DNA from: an uncultured delta proteobacterium
GTDB lineage: Bacteria; Desulfobacterota; Zymogenia; Zymogenales; Zymogenaceae
Length of the DNA stretch: 64,000 nucleotides
Assembly (NCBI GenBank): GCA_963735595.1
Contig: CAVTLK010000005.1
Span: 800,001 to 864,000 of the forward strand
Reading direction: 5' to 3'
Shown one piece after another: positions 41,930 through 51,650 of this stretch. The notes beneath the pieces are model-generated. The model saw nothing but the letters and a program-made list of their open reading frames with translations, did not search any database and was not told the DNA's origin. The stretch's first letter is position 1. Each line of letters opens with the position of its first letter. The position numbers were made by a program, and so were the translations under genes.

Positions 41930-43282
41930 TCAACGGTTGGCGGGAATCCCCGTGGATTTTCCCGCCTTGTGCTTGTACATCTCTTTATCTGCGGTGTCTA
42001 TTAGTTCCTGGAGGGAAGTCTCGTCTGTGAGATGAGCGATACCGTATGAGATGGCGATTTCGGCAAAAGACTCGCCAACCCGCTGGTTGATGCGAGACCC
42101 CAGATGATGGGCGTCTTGCTCTTCTGTATGGGGCAGGATGACGGCAAATTCGTCTCCGCCGTAACGAAAGGCGGCGTCAATGCCCGAGCGGATCTCATCC
42201 CGCGTAATCCTGCCGACTTCCTTCAGTACTCCATTGCCCTTGATATGGCCGTAGGTGTCATTGTAGCTTTTAAAGTTGTCAAGATCGAAGACGAGAAGCG
42301 TCAGGGGAGAATCGGTGCGTCGGGCGCGTTTAATCTCGTCGTTAAGCCTCTTGTGGAAATGCCGCTGGTTGAAGAGGCCCGTGAGGTCATCGGTGATGGA
42401 AAGCCTGGTGAGCTCCTGCTCCATTTTCTTTCGCTCAGTGATATCTGCTGATGTCGTTACGATATATATCGGGTCGCCTTCCTCGTTGCGTACTACGTCT
42501 GAGATCAGGTTTACGGGGAAAACGGTGCCGTCTTTCTTGATATTCGTCGTTTCGCGGGTGTAGCCTTTCATCGTCCTGATCTGGTCCCTCGACAGGGGTT
42601 TTGCTGCGGACCTATGCGCCAGTATTCGGGACGGCTTTCCGACCAAGTCCTGCACCGCATACCCGTGCATTGCGGCCTCATAGGGGTTGGTGTATACGAC
42701 GGTGCCGTCCAGATCGGTGACCGTTACGCCGATCTTCATGCTTTCGACAGCCTTCACTAACGAAAGGAGCCGTTCCTCCGTCCGTTTCCTTTCAGCGATC
42801 TCTTCTTGCAGCTCCTGGTTTGTTCGAGACAGCTCGGCTGTACGCTCCTTGAGAAGCATCTGGAATTGCTCATGGATTTGTTTGAGCTCTTCCTCCAGAT
42901 GCTTTCTCTCGATGGCGTAGGTCAGTGAGCGGGCGAGGAGTTCTTTGGTTACTTCCCCTTTGATCAGGTAATCCTGTGCCCCGCGTCTGACCGCTTCCAG
43001 GCCGATCTTCTCGTCGTCGATGGCCGTGAGCACCACGATTGGAAACGAGGGGGCATGCTCGATGAATACGAGCAGGGTATCGATTCCGGCGGTATCGGGG
43101 AGGTTGAGATCGAGTAATACGACGTCAGGATTGACCGTATAGAGCGACTCAATACCGGCTTCAAGCCTGAGACAGCATTCGAGCGTGAATGCGTCGGGAT
43201 CAACGACGGACAACATGTCTCGAATTACCTGAATGGTGACGGGATTGTCTTCGATCAGCAGGACTTTTTTCGGTTTGTTCAT
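41930..43282 (-). CDS. REC-PAS-GGDEF diguanylate cyclase
   Basis: LLIEDN/LLDLNLP receiver, PAS, DDLTGLFN, RYGGDEF. Confidence 0.92.
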   Translation of the reverse strand: MNKPKKVLLIEDNPVTIQVIRDMLSVVDPDAFTLECCLRLEAGIESLYTVNPDVVLLDLNLPDTAGIDTLLVFIEHAPSFPIVVLTAIDDEKIGLEAVRRGAQDYLIKGEVTKELLARSLTYAIERKHLEEELKQIHEQFQMLLKERTAELSRTNQELQEEIAERKRTEERLLSLVKAVESMKIGVTVTDLDGTVVYTNPYEAAMHGYAVQDLVGKPSRILAHRSAAKPLSRDQIRTMKGYTRETTNIKKDGTVFPVNLISDVVRNEEGDPIYIVTTSADITERKKMEQELTRLSITDDLTGLFNQRHFHKRLNDEIKRARRTDSPLTLLVFDLDNFKSYNDTYGHIKGNGVLKEVGRITRDEIRSGIDAAFRYGGDEFAVILPHTEEQDAHHLGSRINQRVGESFAEIAISYGIAHLTDETSLQELIDTADKEMYKHKAGKSTGIPANR

Positions 43283-43641
43283 GATCGTCGACCGTCGTCC
43301 CCGAAAAGGGGCAGGAACCGATCAGTGCGGCGATAAGATCCGGGCGCCGTCGGCTGATTCTCGTCCTCCCAACAAGAGGAAAGAACGGTCTGCTTACCGG
43401 CGCCCGGCCGGGCGTGTCTTTCTTTACGCCCGGAACCGGTGTGCCAATCGCCGGAGGTCCAGCAGGGGCGGGAGATGACCGGTTTGGGAGAACGTGACGA
43501 AATTGCTAATATTAGTACATGAAATGGGATGGAAGTCAACATAAATAACACTCATGAAAAAGACGGGGCGCCTCACGATGGTTGGTCGGCGGGGGGAGGG
43601 GCGACGTCGAGGACCGGAGAGATGGAAATCTGCCGGGGATG

Positions 43642-44697
43642 TTACCCCCAGCGCTCGATTGCCTCCAGAGCGAGATCGGACGATAGGGCGATCATGTCCC
43701 GGCACGCGCCGGACCCCGCGAGGTGAGCCGAAAAATCGGAGAGGCCCGTAAAATCACGGCCCACGATGACGCGGCACGTGTTTGTGCCGGCGCGTTCATG
43801 AAACCGACGAACGATCTCTCTTCCGACCCCGAAGGGCTCGGGCATCCACCGGGGCCGCGCGATGAGGAGATTGATATGCCCGACCGCGAAATCCCTCATG
43901 ATCTTAACCCGGTTGCACCGTCTTACGTCCATACCGACAAGGAAGTTGATCCCCATGATCGCGCCGGTGAGCGCTCCACAAATCCCGCCGGAAAGCCCCA
44001 CCCCACCGGACAGGCCCGCGGCGACCTGCTCGATACGCCGGTCGCCCAGCCCCGCTTTTTCACGTATGTCTTTGAGCACCGCCGAGGCGCAGTGATGATG
44101 CCCGGCGCACCCATCCTCCTGCCCGGCGTCCGGCCGGGCGGTCATTGCGGCGCCCTCCCGTTCGAGGTAGGCCATGGCAGTACCGATATGGGAGATGCAA
44201 CGAAGCACGCGGTCGCCCGGCAGGAAGTAACGGGAAAGGCCGCCGGCGGTATGGAAATCTACCCCGGTGCGCTCGCGGCAGAGCGTCGTGCCGACCGTAC
44301 GGTCAAACCACGCGACGTAGTCGGCAATCCGGCCCATGAGGGCTGGCGAGCGTGTGGGGTCCTGATCCGTCGCCTCGCGCCAGAGCTGGGCAAGTCCGAT
44401 CGCCCCGGCGGTGATAACGCCGCACGTGGACCCCCCGGCAACGACGCCGCCCTCGAGGCCCGTCACCGCCTTCAGCAGCAGGTCGTCGCGCAGTCCGAAC
44501 AGGTCCTGGAACGCCTCGAGGGTCGCCAGGGCGCAGTTCATATCCTTGACGAGGCAGTAGCGGCCGGTCATTGCCGGAGATAGACGCCCGTGGCGTGACG
44601 GTTCGAGATTTGTACCGTCCCCGGCGGTCCCATCCGGTCTTATCTGCTTAATCATATGCCGTGAGTACCCGTAGGCGGCCGATATCATATCGGGCAT
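43642..44697 (-). CDS. C-GCAxxG-C-C family redox protein with two domains (start uncertain)
   Basis: NCA...GG...TCGVITAG...CRE and HCA...GG...ICGALTG...CR repeats. Confidence 0.75.
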   Translation of the reverse strand: MPDMISAAYGYSRHMIKQIRPDGTAGDGTNLEPSRHGRLSPAMTGRYCLVKDMNCALATLEAFQDLFGLRDDLLLKAVTGLEGGVVAGGSTCGVITAGAIGLAQLWREATDQDPTRSPALMGRIADYVAWFDRTVGTTLCRERTGVDFHTAGGLSRYFLPGDRVLRCISHIGTAMAYLEREGAAMTARPDAGQEDGCAGHHHCASAVLKDIREKAGLGDRRIEQVAAGLSGGVGLSGGICGALTGAIMGINFLVGMDVRRCNRVKIMRDFAVGHINLLIARPRWMPEPFGVGREIVRRFHERAGTNTCRVIVGRDFTGLSDFSAHLAGSGACRDMIALSSDLALEAIERWG

Positions 44698-44704
44698 ATC
44701 GGGA

Positions 44705-45271
44705 TCAACCGACCCGCATGACCTCGATCTCTATGTCATTGACTTCGTCCGATGCCCCGTTTTTCAGCCTTCTCAGGCTCGCCTCGATGAAGGCCGGAAG
44801 GTCGCCCGGATTGCGGCTGGATATGAGGTTTGCGTCCTCCACAACCGGGGCGTCCACGAACTGTGCGCCGGCGTTCTTGATATCCTGGATGATGGATTTG
44901 TAGCCGGTCAGTCTGCGGCCCATCAGCATACGAGCGGTGATGAGTAACTGGGGCGCGTGGCATATGGAAAGGACGATCCGGTTCTTTTCCATGAACTCAC
45001 GCGCAAACCGGACGGCCTCGTCGTCGACGCGGAGCCTGTCGGGCGAATACCCGCCCGGGATGAACAGGGCGTCATACTCATCGGCAGTGGCGTCTCTTAC
45101 GGCTCGGTCGATCGTGACCTTCGTATGCTCGGTCTTGCCGGCGACCACGGAGCCCTCGGTGAGCCCCACGTTGACAACCGTATGGCCGGCCTCCTGGAAT
45201 GCCCTCACGGGTTTCCAGTATTCAGAGTCCTCGAACATGTCGGTGATTAGTACCGCTATTTTCGCCATCAT
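44705..45271 (-). CDS. PfpI/DJ-1 family protein (type 1 glutamine amidotransferase-like)
   Basis: FEDSEY, IPGGYSPD, ICHAPQ, SSRNPGD. Confidence 0.9.
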   Translation of the reverse strand: MMAKIAVLITDMFEDSEYWKPVRAFQEAGHTVVNVGLTEGSVVAGKTEHTKVTIDRAVRDATADEYDALFIPGGYSPDRLRVDDEAVRFAREFMEKNRIVLSICHAPQLLITARMLMGRRLTGYKSIIQDIKNAGAQFVDAPVVEDANLISSRNPGDLPAFIEASLRRLKNGASDEVNDIEIEVMRVG

Positions 45272-45330
45272 AATCACCCCCTTTCTCTATCTGTTTAGAT
45301 AGCGCCGGGACCCGAAGGGTTCAGGGGGTA

Positions 45331-45834
45331 TCAGCGTCCGGGCAGGCCGCGCCACCGCGCATCTGCCAGCACCACCGAAGTCTCTACCTGGCGGGCGGGG
45401 ATATCCCAGTATTTCGCGAGCAGCCGGTCCTTTTCTTCCGGGGTCACCAGTACGAAGCCGTGCCTCTCGTAGAACCGCACCGCCCAGCCGGCGGCGGCCC
45501 ACGTACCGATCAGCGTCGGGCGGGAGGTCAGCTCCATGAGGTGTGCAAGGAGGGCCGAGCCGATGCCCGCGCCCTGGCGGGCCGTCCTGACGTAGGCGTG
45601 GCGGATGAGCGTCACGTCCTGCACGTCCTGGATTCCCATGACGCCGACCAATTCGCCCCCTTCCCGATAGCCCCAGAAGACGACGCCGGACTCGATCTCG
45701 TGCCGTAACTCCTCCTGCGGCATGTAGGGCTCGTGGTACCGGTCGGCGGGGATGTGCCCCTCGTAGGCGCGGGCGGCGTCGTTGACGATCGCGTAGATCG
45801 CCGCAAAGTCGGCGGGGGTGGTGGGGGCAATCAT
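45331..45834 (-). CDS. GNAT N-acetyltransferase
   Basis: LIRHAYV, QGAGIG, AVRFYERHGF. Confidence 0.85.
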   Translation of the reverse strand: MIAPTTPADFAAIYAIVNDAARAYEGHIPADRYHEPYMPQEELRHEIESGVVFWGYREGGELVGVMGIQDVQDVTLIRHAYVRTARQGAGIGSALLAHLMELTSRPTLIGTWAAAGWAVRFYERHGFVLVTPEEKDRLLAKYWDIPARQVETSVVLADARWRGLPGR

Positions 45835-45928
45835 AGCGTATCGGTAAAATCGGGATACAAAACCGGGGACATGGACCAGGGTAAGCGCTCTCATGGTCCC
45901 GTCCCCGGAAATCGGCGGCCGTTTCCTA

Positions 45929-46669
45929 TCAGCCCGCCCGTTTCGCCTTCAAATCTTCCAGCACCTTGGTGAAGTACTTATTGGCCTGGCTCATAAACGT
46001 CTCGATATCCATGATGTCCCGGCTGACGACGGAAAGGGTCGCGTCGTTCATCTTCCCGTCCCGGGCAAGCTCGACGCCGGCGGTTTTTGCCGCCTCGAAG
46101 ACGTCCGCAAACTGGTCGCCCATGCCCATCATCATCATCGGCTGGAGCGACTGCGCGTTGGGGCGTAGCAGCGCGCCGGCGAACTCCCGCTCGAGGTTTA
46201 TCGTGGCCGCCTTGTAGTGATGGATCATGGAGTCGAAGTTTTCAACCCCGAAGTAGCCGCAGGTCGATATCACGACGACTTTGCCGTGGCCATACCCCTC
46301 GCGGACGGGGTGGCGGTCCCGGCCGTCCCGGATGTCGATAAACGGCTGGCCCATCGGGGTCATCCGGTCCATGAACATCTTCATCGGGCCGGATACGCCG
46401 TCCCAATAGAGCGGCGTGGCAAACACCAGGATATCGGCCGCCTTGATCTTAGGGAGCACGGGCTCCATGTCGTCTTTCAGGACGCACACGCCGGGGGTCT
46501 TCGTCCAGCACTTGAGGCAGCCGAGGCACGGCTTGATATCCATCGTCTTGGTGTAGAGGACGTCGACCTCGGCGCCGTGCTCTTTCATACCGTCGAGAAA
46601 AGGATTGAGGATGAGTCCGGTATTGCCCTTATCGCGGTGGGGGCTCGCATTGATCGCCAGAACCTTCAT
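45929..46669 (-). CDS. Flavodoxin-like / iron-sulfur flavoprotein
   Basis: INASP, CLGCLKCW...C, ATPLYW, KMFMDR. Confidence 0.85.
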   Translation of the reverse strand: MKVLAINASPHRDKGNTGLILNPFLDGMKEHGAEVDVLYTKTMDIKPCLGCLKCWTKTPGVCVLKDDMEPVLPKIKAADILVFATPLYWDGVSGPMKMFMDRMTPMGQPFIDIRDGRDRHPVREGYGHGKVVVISTCGYFGVENFDSMIHHYKAATINLEREFAGALLRPNAQSLQPMMMMGMGDQFADVFEAAKTAGVELARDGKMNDATLSVVSRDIMDIETFMSQANKYFTKVLEDLKAKRAG

Positions 46670-46820
46670 GGATCGTCTCCTGTAATGAGAGAGAGGCAGC
46701 GGGAGATTGATATCAACGGAGTATACTCAATACTCGGATTCGCGGTACATTATACCCACCGGAAATTCGTTTTACAACGCGAAAATAACGGCGGGAAGGT
46801 GCGGACGGCGTTGCGACCGT

Positions 46821-47597
46821 CTATTCCATACCCGCCGCCGGTTTCCCCCCGCCCCCCCCGATGGCCGGGGAAGCGGCCGCGGGAAGGATCATGAAGAACT
46901 GATCCGTCTCGTCGAGAGATACCGTCATATCGCGGGACGTGAAACCCAACAGGTGGCCGCCGGCCGTTTTATCGTCCGAGATGAAGTGGAGGTGCCAGCC
47001 GGGGACATTGACCCCGCCGACGTAGGAGGGACACACGAAGCCCACTAGCGTCCCGGAGACGTTGTTCAGGGTAAAGACTACCTGGTTCTTGAGCGCCTCG
47101 GCCAGGGTTGGGTAAGGCTTTTCCTGTTTCGGGACGCTGCGGAAGGTGATTGTGTCAAACGTCCCGTGGACCCTGACGGCGGTGAACATGCGGGTGCCCC
47201 CCAGCCGCCCGTTGGTCTTCTCCTGCAGGCCGGGATAGGTTATCTCCCCGGTCACGGGCGCGGTCAGGTCGTCATCGAAAAAGGTGACAACGGCAAAGGG
47301 GGTCAGCGTTCCCGGAGGCACGGCGCCGGGGACGCCGTCGGTCGATACCCGATAGGCGGTCCCATCGATCACGAGCATCTCGCCGTCCAGCCCCACGAAG
47401 GTGCCGATGCCCAGGTCGCCGTGACGCAGCAGTTCTTCGACGGTAGTCTCGCCGTCGTAGCCACCCGCCGAAAGGGCGTCGATCGTCGATACCTGGAAGA
47501 TGGTATCGCGGGGACGGTCAAACCCGGCGCAGCCGGAGAGCACGAGAATGAAACCGATTATTGCGATAGACGCGCGAAGGAAACGGGTGGTATTCAT
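46821..47597 (-). CDS. budA: Alpha-acetolactate decarboxylase with predicted lipoprotein signal
   Basis: QVSTIDAL, GDLGIGTF..LDGE, PFAVVT, GWHLHF, GGH; lipobox LSGC. Confidence 0.88.
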   Translation of the reverse strand: MNTTRFLRASIAIIGFILVLSGCAGFDRPRDTIFQVSTIDALSAGGYDGETTVEELLRHGDLGIGTFVGLDGEMLVIDGTAYRVSTDGVPGAVPPGTLTPFAVVTFFDDDLTAPVTGEITYPGLQEKTNGRLGGTRMFTAVRVHGTFDTITFRSVPKQEKPYPTLAEALKNQVVFTLNNVSGTLVGFVCPSYVGGVNVPGWHLHFISDDKTAGGHLLGFTSRDMTVSLDETDQFFMILPAAASPAIGGGGGKPAAGME

Positions 47598-47888
47598 GGT
47601 TTTTCTCCTAACAATCGTCCGGCCGGTTGCCGTGTTTCAATTTTATACGGCGACAGTGTAGCAGGAAGGCGGCGGCCTGTCGATAGATTTCAGCACGGCG
47701 GCGGCCCGCCGAATAGAAACGGGAGAAATTTCGGTGGCGCGATTTGGCCCACCGGATTATAATGGTGCCGGTTATAGCGGCCACGGGGCGTTCGTTCTCG
47801 TCTGGAGGGGGCGGCCCGGGGCTTGGAGACTGAGAGGATAGTCGAGGCCAACAAAGGCCACTAAAGGCAATCGAGGTTACGGGGGGGA

Positions 47889-49040
47889 ATGATGGAATCG
47901 ATATGGACACGGCTGAAAGCGGCTTCCGGCACGAGGCGGGAGTTCCTTCGCGGGCTGGGCGGTGCGTCGTCACTGGCAATGGTCATTCCGTTCCTGCCCT
48001 CGATACGGCCGCCGGCCGCCATGCCGAAAGGGGGCGTCAAGACCGGCGTCAGCTATTTTGGCGCCCGGGACGTCCGTCACGTAACGCCGGACATGGACGA
48101 CATCGCCGCCCACCACTGCTCGTTTGTCGTCCATACGTTCTCGGAGGCGGACTACTATTTTTACTCGAAGGCGATGAAAGAGGCGGTCGCCGTTTCCCAC
48201 GACGCGGGCCTTGACGTCTATCTGGACCCCTGGGGGGTGGGGGGCGTCTTCGGCGGTGAGGCGTTTTCCCGGTTCGTGATGGAAAACCCGGATCAGTGCC
48301 AGCGGCAGGCCGACGGTACGGCGCTTCCCTCAGCCTGCCTCAACCGGGAGGCGTTCAGGTCCTTCATGAAAAAGTGGATCGACGCCGCCGCGGCCACCGG
48401 GACGGACTACCTCTTCTGGGACGAGCCCCACTTTTACATCCCGCGGGCGGTCTGGCGGGGCGCCCAGCGGCCGGACGAGTGGGCCTGCACCTGCACGGCA
48501 TGCCGCGGTCTCTTTTCGGCGCGCTTCGGACACGCGATGCCCCCGGTCATGGACGAGGAAGTCATCCTCTTTCGGGACGAATCGATCGTCTCGTTCTTCA
48601 CCGAGATGGCCGGCTACGCGAAGGGCGCGGGAATGAAGAACGCCCTCTGTGTCCTGCCGGAAGAAAACCCGCTCATCGGCATCTCCTCGTGGGAAAAACT
48701 CGCCTCGATACCGGCGCTGGACATCATCGGCACCGATCCCTACTGGATCGTCTTCAACAGGCCGCTGGAGCAATACGTGGGGGAGACGTGCGCGAAGATC
48801 CGCGACCTTGCCGCCCGTTACGGCAAGGAGCCGCAGATGTGGGTGCAGGCATACGGGGTACCGGCCGGGAGAGAAGGGGAAGTGGGCAGGGCGGTGGAGG
48901 TCATTGCGGGAGCGGGGATCGCCAACATCGCCGCGTGGAGCTACCGGGGCGGCGCGCCGATGAACCTTGCCAGCGACGATCCCGCGCGGGTCTGGAAGGT
49001 GCTGGGGGAGGCGTACCGGAAGGTGCGGTCAACAGTTTAA
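47889..49040 (+). CDS. Tat-signal protein with a probable glycoside-hydrolase-like TIM barrel
   Basis: TRREFL twin-arginine signal; FGGE, FWDEPH, CTCTAC and GTDPYW motifs. Confidence 0.6.
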   Translation: MMESIWTRLKAASGTRREFLRGLGGASSLAMVIPFLPSIRPPAAMPKGGVKTGVSYFGARDVRHVTPDMDDIAAHHCSFVVHTFSEADYYFYSKAMKEAVAVSHDAGLDVYLDPWGVGGVFGGEAFSRFVMENPDQCQRQADGTALPSACLNREAFRSFMKKWIDAAAATGTDYLFWDEPHFYIPRAVWRGAQRPDEWACTCTACRGLFSARFGHAMPPVMDEEVILFRDESIVSFFTEMAGYAKGAGMKNALCVLPEENPLIGISSWEKLASIPALDIIGTDPYWIVFNRPLEQYVGETCAKIRDLAARYGKEPQMWVQAYGVPAGREGEVGRAVEVIAGAGIANIAAWSYRGGAPMNLASDDPARVWKVLGEAYRKVRSTV

Positions 49041-49065
49041 AGGGGCCGATACGTGACGGCCGTCG

Positions 49066-49437
49066 TCAGGACAGCAAGAGCAGGACCATCGCCACTGCGC
49101 CGGGGAGCGCCTGGACTAAGATGATCTTCCGGTTGACCGTGACACCGCCGAAGATCCCGGCGACGATCACGCAGCCGAGGAAGAAGAAGATGATCGGGTG
49201 TCCGGAGACGCCGAGAGTAAGTCCCCAGATGAGCCCGGCGGCGAGGAAGCCGTTGTAAAGGCCCTGGTTTGCGGCCAGGGTTTTCGAGGCCCTGGCGAAG
49301 TCGGCTTTCAAGCCGAAGACCCGGCGACCGAAAGGTTTATCCCAGAAGAACATCTCCATAGCGAGGAAGTACAGGTGCAGCGCGGCGACTATGCCCACGC
49401 CGATATATGCGGCTATTGCCATCTCTGCCCCCATCAA
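49066..49437 (-). CDS. DUF1304 membrane protein
   Basis: HLYFLAMEMF, NQGLYNGFLAAG, QALP. Confidence 0.85.
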   Translation of the reverse strand: MMGAEMAIAAYIGVGIVAALHLYFLAMEMFFWDKPFGRRVFGLKADFARASKTLAANQGLYNGFLAAGLIWGLTLGVSGHPIIFFFLGCVIVAGIFGGVTVNRKIILVQALPGAVAMVLLLLS

Positions 49438-50014
49438 TTGGTTTGGTGTCTATCTGCCGCGCCGTGCGGCGTTTCATCCTTCAAGGTATCGAGGTCGGAT
49501 ATATTATACCTGTAGAACCGGCTGTCCACCGCCATTACCGGAAAGGAGGGTGGCAGCGATTCTTTCGGCACCTCGACGAACCCGTTTTTTTCGTAAAACC
49601 GGTGCGCAGCCGTGAACTGCGCGGTCGTGCCGAGGTAGATGGTCGAGACGCCCTTTGACCGCGCCCAGGAGAGGGCCGCGGCCAGCAGGGCGCGAGCCAC
49701 GCCTTTCTCACCGCCGCGCCAGTCGGGGGCGACGAACATCTTCCTGAGGGCGGCCATCCCGCACCCGATATCCTTGAGCGCGACCGTCCCGACGACTACG
49801 CTATTGCGTTATCGGCGTTATCGGCGTATCGGCGCGTCGGCCAGGGCGACCCAGAAGTTTCCGGCGCCCTCTGATAGAACGATGGGATCGATTGCAGGTC
49901 GGGCTGCTGTTCGGGCGTGATGTCGATCCCGTATTCGTTTCGCTGGATAGAGGAGATAAGCCCGATGATCCGCGATTCGTAACCGGGACTATACTCGATA
50001 ATCCGAAAATCCAT
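49434..50014 (-). CDS. GNAT N-acetyltransferase (frameshifted)
   Basis: QPDL..I..FY, GNFWVA, ALRKMFV, AHRFYEKNGF. Confidence 0.8.
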
Positions 50015-50118
50015 ACCTGCCCATACTGTGTTAATGAATCGGGTTCACGCGCGAAAAAAAGGCCGCCGGTTATGCTACGGGGAAACCGATATCCCCCAAA
50101 TCGTCCCGGCTATCTAAT

Positions 50119-51162
50119 TCATCCGCGTTTTTCAATCCGTTTTTCGATCTCCCGCCATACCCCGGTCTCATCCATCGGCGTAAACGGCCTCTCGGTAAAC
50201 TTCTTCCTGCAGAGATCGTAAATAGTCCGGTTGTAGGGGGCGGCGATCCCCACTGTATCTGCAAGCCCGACGAAATACCCGGTGAGGCTTCCAAGCTCCG
50301 ATACGTCCCGCCCGTGCTGAAGGATATCCTGGCCCATGCTGTTGAGGTCGACCGAATCGATGTTTCCCTTGAAGATGAGGTCGGAGAGAAACTCGGGCAG
50401 CACCGTGGAAATGCGTACCATCGCCGGGCTTGGAGCCCCCGGGATAGAGGCCGGGGAAAAACCGGCCCGCCGGGCGATATCAAATCCCTCCAGCATCGCG
50501 CCGATCATGATGTGCTTGAGCGTGCGTATCGAACGTATCTCCCGGTACCCGTGGCCGACGAGCGTCAGGACCGCGTTGGAGAGGTTGACGACCATCTTGG
50601 TCATTGCCGCGTTGCGCAGATCGGGGGTAATCCGGGCGTCAAGACCGAGCGAGAATATCCTGTGGACTTCACCGAGGTCCCCGGCCAGCGACGGGTCGTT
50701 ATCCGGGACGCCCAGGAGTATCGGCCCCTTATGGTTTGCCCCGACGACCCCCGGGGCCTCCCGCCACGAGTTGTAGCAGACCACACCGTAGATAATCCGT
50801 TTGAAATATCTCGGGAGGATCTCCCGATTTTCGAGGCCGTTCTGCAGCGCGACGATCAGCGGGTCACCTCCCAGCTTTGCCGCGATGTCGCGCCCCGCGT
50901 CGGCCAGGCTGTAGTTCTTCACCGCGATAACGATGATATCGGTCTTCGGCCGTTCGGAAAGATCGGCGATTACCGGCACCGGCACGGGGGCGGGGCGTTT
51001 CTTATCCTTTTTTAGAAAGACGGTGAGTCCCCTTTGGCTCATCGCCGCGGCATGCTCACCGCGCGAAAGCAGGGATAGATTCGGGCAGTGGGGCGCGAGC
51101 CACCCGCCGACCGACGAGCCGATTGAACCGGCCCCATAGATGACGATGTCGTGCTCTGTCAT
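50119..51162 (-). CDS. Ketopantoate reductase (PanE/ApbA) family protein
   Basis: GAGSIG Rossmann motif, IAVK, LQNG, KMVVN, SMGQD. Confidence 0.82.
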   Translation of the reverse strand: MTEHDIVIYGAGSIGSSVGGWLAPHCPNLSLLSRGEHAAAMSQRGLTVFLKKDKKRPAPVPVPVIADLSERPKTDIIVIAVKNYSLADAGRDIAAKLGGDPLIVALQNGLENREILPRYFKRIIYGVVCYNSWREAPGVVGANHKGPILLGVPDNDPSLAGDLGEVHRIFSLGLDARITPDLRNAAMTKMVVNLSNAVLTLVGHGYREIRSIRTLKHIMIGAMLEGFDIARRAGFSPASIPGAPSPAMVRISTVLPEFLSDLIFKGNIDSVDLNSMGQDILQHGRDVSELGSLTGYFVGLADTVGIAAPYNRTIYDLCRKKFTERPFTPMDETGVWREIEKRIEKRG

Positions 51163-51242
51163 TTCGTGACGATTCCCCGTGTCTATGACCGTGGCAGGTT
51201 TGCGGGCGGCGCTACCGGAACGCACGGGCTGCCGCCGGCGGC

Positions 51243-51611
51243 CTACGCCTTTTTCTTCTTTTCCTTTTTTACCTTGGGCGGCAGCGACCGCGCGAATTCA
51301 TAGGCCTTGTCGACCCACCTCATAAATTCCCTCCGGTCGGAGGTGAACGGCTCCGGCACCGCCACGTACTCCTTCATGGGCCGGCCTTCCATCGGCTCGA
51401 AGGCGACGATTTCATCGGAGACGTTTTTTATCTCGTCGCGGTCGGCCGCCGAGAGCCGCAGGATAATCACGTCCTGCCAGGCGCCGGCAAACATGTTGTC
51501 GTTCACGAAATAGGCGGGCGTGCCGAACATCGGCCGCTTCTGGCAGGCGTACCCCTTCAGCGCGTCTTCCAGTATATCGCACATTTCGGGCGATACCTTC
51601 TTCCACTTCAT
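51243..51611 (-). CDS. TfoX/Sxy N-terminal family protein
   Basis: RPMFG..AYFVNDNMFAG, PMKEYV, SLPPK. Confidence 0.8.
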   Translation of the reverse strand: MKWKKVSPEMCDILEDALKGYACQKRPMFGTPAYFVNDNMFAGAWQDVIILRLSAADRDEIKNVSDEIVAFEPMEGRPMKEYVAVPEPFTSDRREFMRWVDKAYEFARSLPPKVKKEKKKKA

Positions 51612-51650
51612 ACTGTTATCCTCCCTGCGTGATAGACGTGAAGCAGACAG

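Noticed and set aside
43642..44697. Selenoprotein recoding in the C-GCAxxG-C-C protein
   Set aside because: The ORF is open with ordinary Cys codons and has no in-frame TGA
47815..47880. TPP riboswitch suggested by GGGG...CTGAGAGG
   Set aside because: The downstream CCTGAT...TAATGCC...GGGA core is absent and the adjacent gene is unrelated to thiamine
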